Positions 63,320 through 64,000 of a DNA stretch of 64,000 bases are shown in pieces. The position numbers and the translations under genes were made by a program. Positions within the stretch are counted from its first letter, which is position 1. The number at the start of each line of letters is the position of its first letter. Location of the stretch: positions 480,001 to 544,000 of the forward strand of contig CAWFKQ010000016.1 in NCBI GenBank assembly GCA_963816395.1, written 5' to 3'. Source of the stretch: an uncultured delta proteobacterium (GTDB lineage: Bacteria; Desulfobacterota; Desulfuromonadia; Desulfuromonadales; JACZKF01). The notes below the pieces were generated by a model, which had not been told where the DNA came from, made no database searches, and worked only from the letters and a program-made list of their open reading frames with translations.

Positions 63320-64000
63320 ATGCCAAGGATAAAATCACCTGCCGAGCTGGAAGATTTCCGAAAGGAAGTCCTCTCCCAAAGAGATCCGGATAAACCCAGG
63401 ATTACCCTCTGCTCCGGGAGTGCCTGTCACGCGACCGGGACGGTAAAAGTCGCCTCCGCACTCGAGCGCGAAATCGAAAAGCAGGGAGTCGCCGCTGAAG
63501 TGGTCTTCAGAAGAACCGGTTGCCACGGCTTTTGCGAGCAAGGGCCCATTGTCGTCATTTATCCCGAGGGGATCTGCTACCTGAGGGTACAGCCGGAAGA
63601 TATCCCGGAGATTATTTCCGAGACGATCAAAGAGAAAAAGGTTATCGAGCGCCTGCTTTATATCGATCCGAACACCGGCGAAAAAGCTACCATCGAAGAC
63701 GAAATCCCTTTCTATAAGAACCAGGAGCGGCTTGTTCTCGGTTCCAATCGAAAGATCGACCCCAAAAGTCTGGAAGATTATCTCGCCGTCGAAGGTTATC
63801 AGGCTCTGGTCAAAACCCTCTTCGAGATGACGCCCGAACAGGTCGTTGGCGAAGTGAAGAACGCGAAACTGCGCGGGCGAGGCGGTGCAGGCTTCCCGTC
63901 GGGCATGAAGTGGGATTTTGCCCGTAATGCTCCGGGGGATCAGAAGTATGTCATCGTCAATTGCGACGAGGGCGACCCGGGCGCCTACATGGACCGCTCG
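63320..64000 (+). CDS. bamH: NuoF-like FMN/NADH-binding subunit, partial (runs off the edge; absent from the ORF track)
   Basis: Manual translation: [10 protein letters not shown]...[10 protein letters not shown]...[10 protein letters not shown]...[14 protein letters not shown]. Confidence 0.92.
   Translation, partial: MPRIKSPAELEDFRKEVLSQRDPDKPRITLCSGSACHATGTVKVASALEREIEKQGVAAEVVFRRTGCHGFCEQGPIVVIYPEGICYLRVQPEDIPEIISETIKEKKVIERLLYIDPNTGEKATIEDEIPFYKNQERLVLGSNRKIDPKSLEDYLAVEGYQALVKTLFEMTPEQVVGEVKNAKLRGRGGAGFPSGMKWDFARNAPGDQKYVIVNCDEGDPGAYMDRS

Noticed and set aside
62816..64000. Respiratory complex I or hydrogenase genes
   Set aside because: The NuoE/F-like genes sit in bamB-H order and no other nuo or hydrogenase genes are present
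1..64000. CRISPR arrays, rRNA/tRNA genes, transposases, integrases
   Set aside because: No regularly spaced repeats, RNA-gene signatures or recombinase motifs seen by eye

Overview
GC-rich DNA from a strict anaerobe (Geobacterales/Desulfuromonadales-like) that is almost entirely a catabolic island for anaerobic aromatic degradation. Known modules: bamA, a thiolase and an SDR; the class II benzoyl-CoA reductase operon bamBCDEFGH (bamF has an in-frame UGA and a SECIS-like hairpin; bamH runs off the right edge); and a phenol cluster (ppsABC, a single ppcB-like UbiD gene, ubiX, Nudix, DmpR/XylR-type activator). The most interesting block is 5.3-29.6 kb. Two sigma54 operons flank a soluble multi-PAS two-component system. 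Together they encode an XDH-family Mo hydroxylase, a PadBCD-like membrane-anchored bis-MGD enzyme, a PadEFGHI-like arylglyoxylate oxidoreductase, an isatin-hydrolase-like protein and a divergent BamB paralogue. I infer an O2-independent route indole -> oxindole -> isatin -> isatinate -> 2-aminobenzoyl-CoA. Also visible: a shared promoter/operator motif (GGTA-N6-TACC) at six promoters, a near-identical duplicated outer-membrane channel with two different signal peptides, and many small frameshifts that are probably sequencing errors. All family calls come from motifs recognised by eye; no database search was run.
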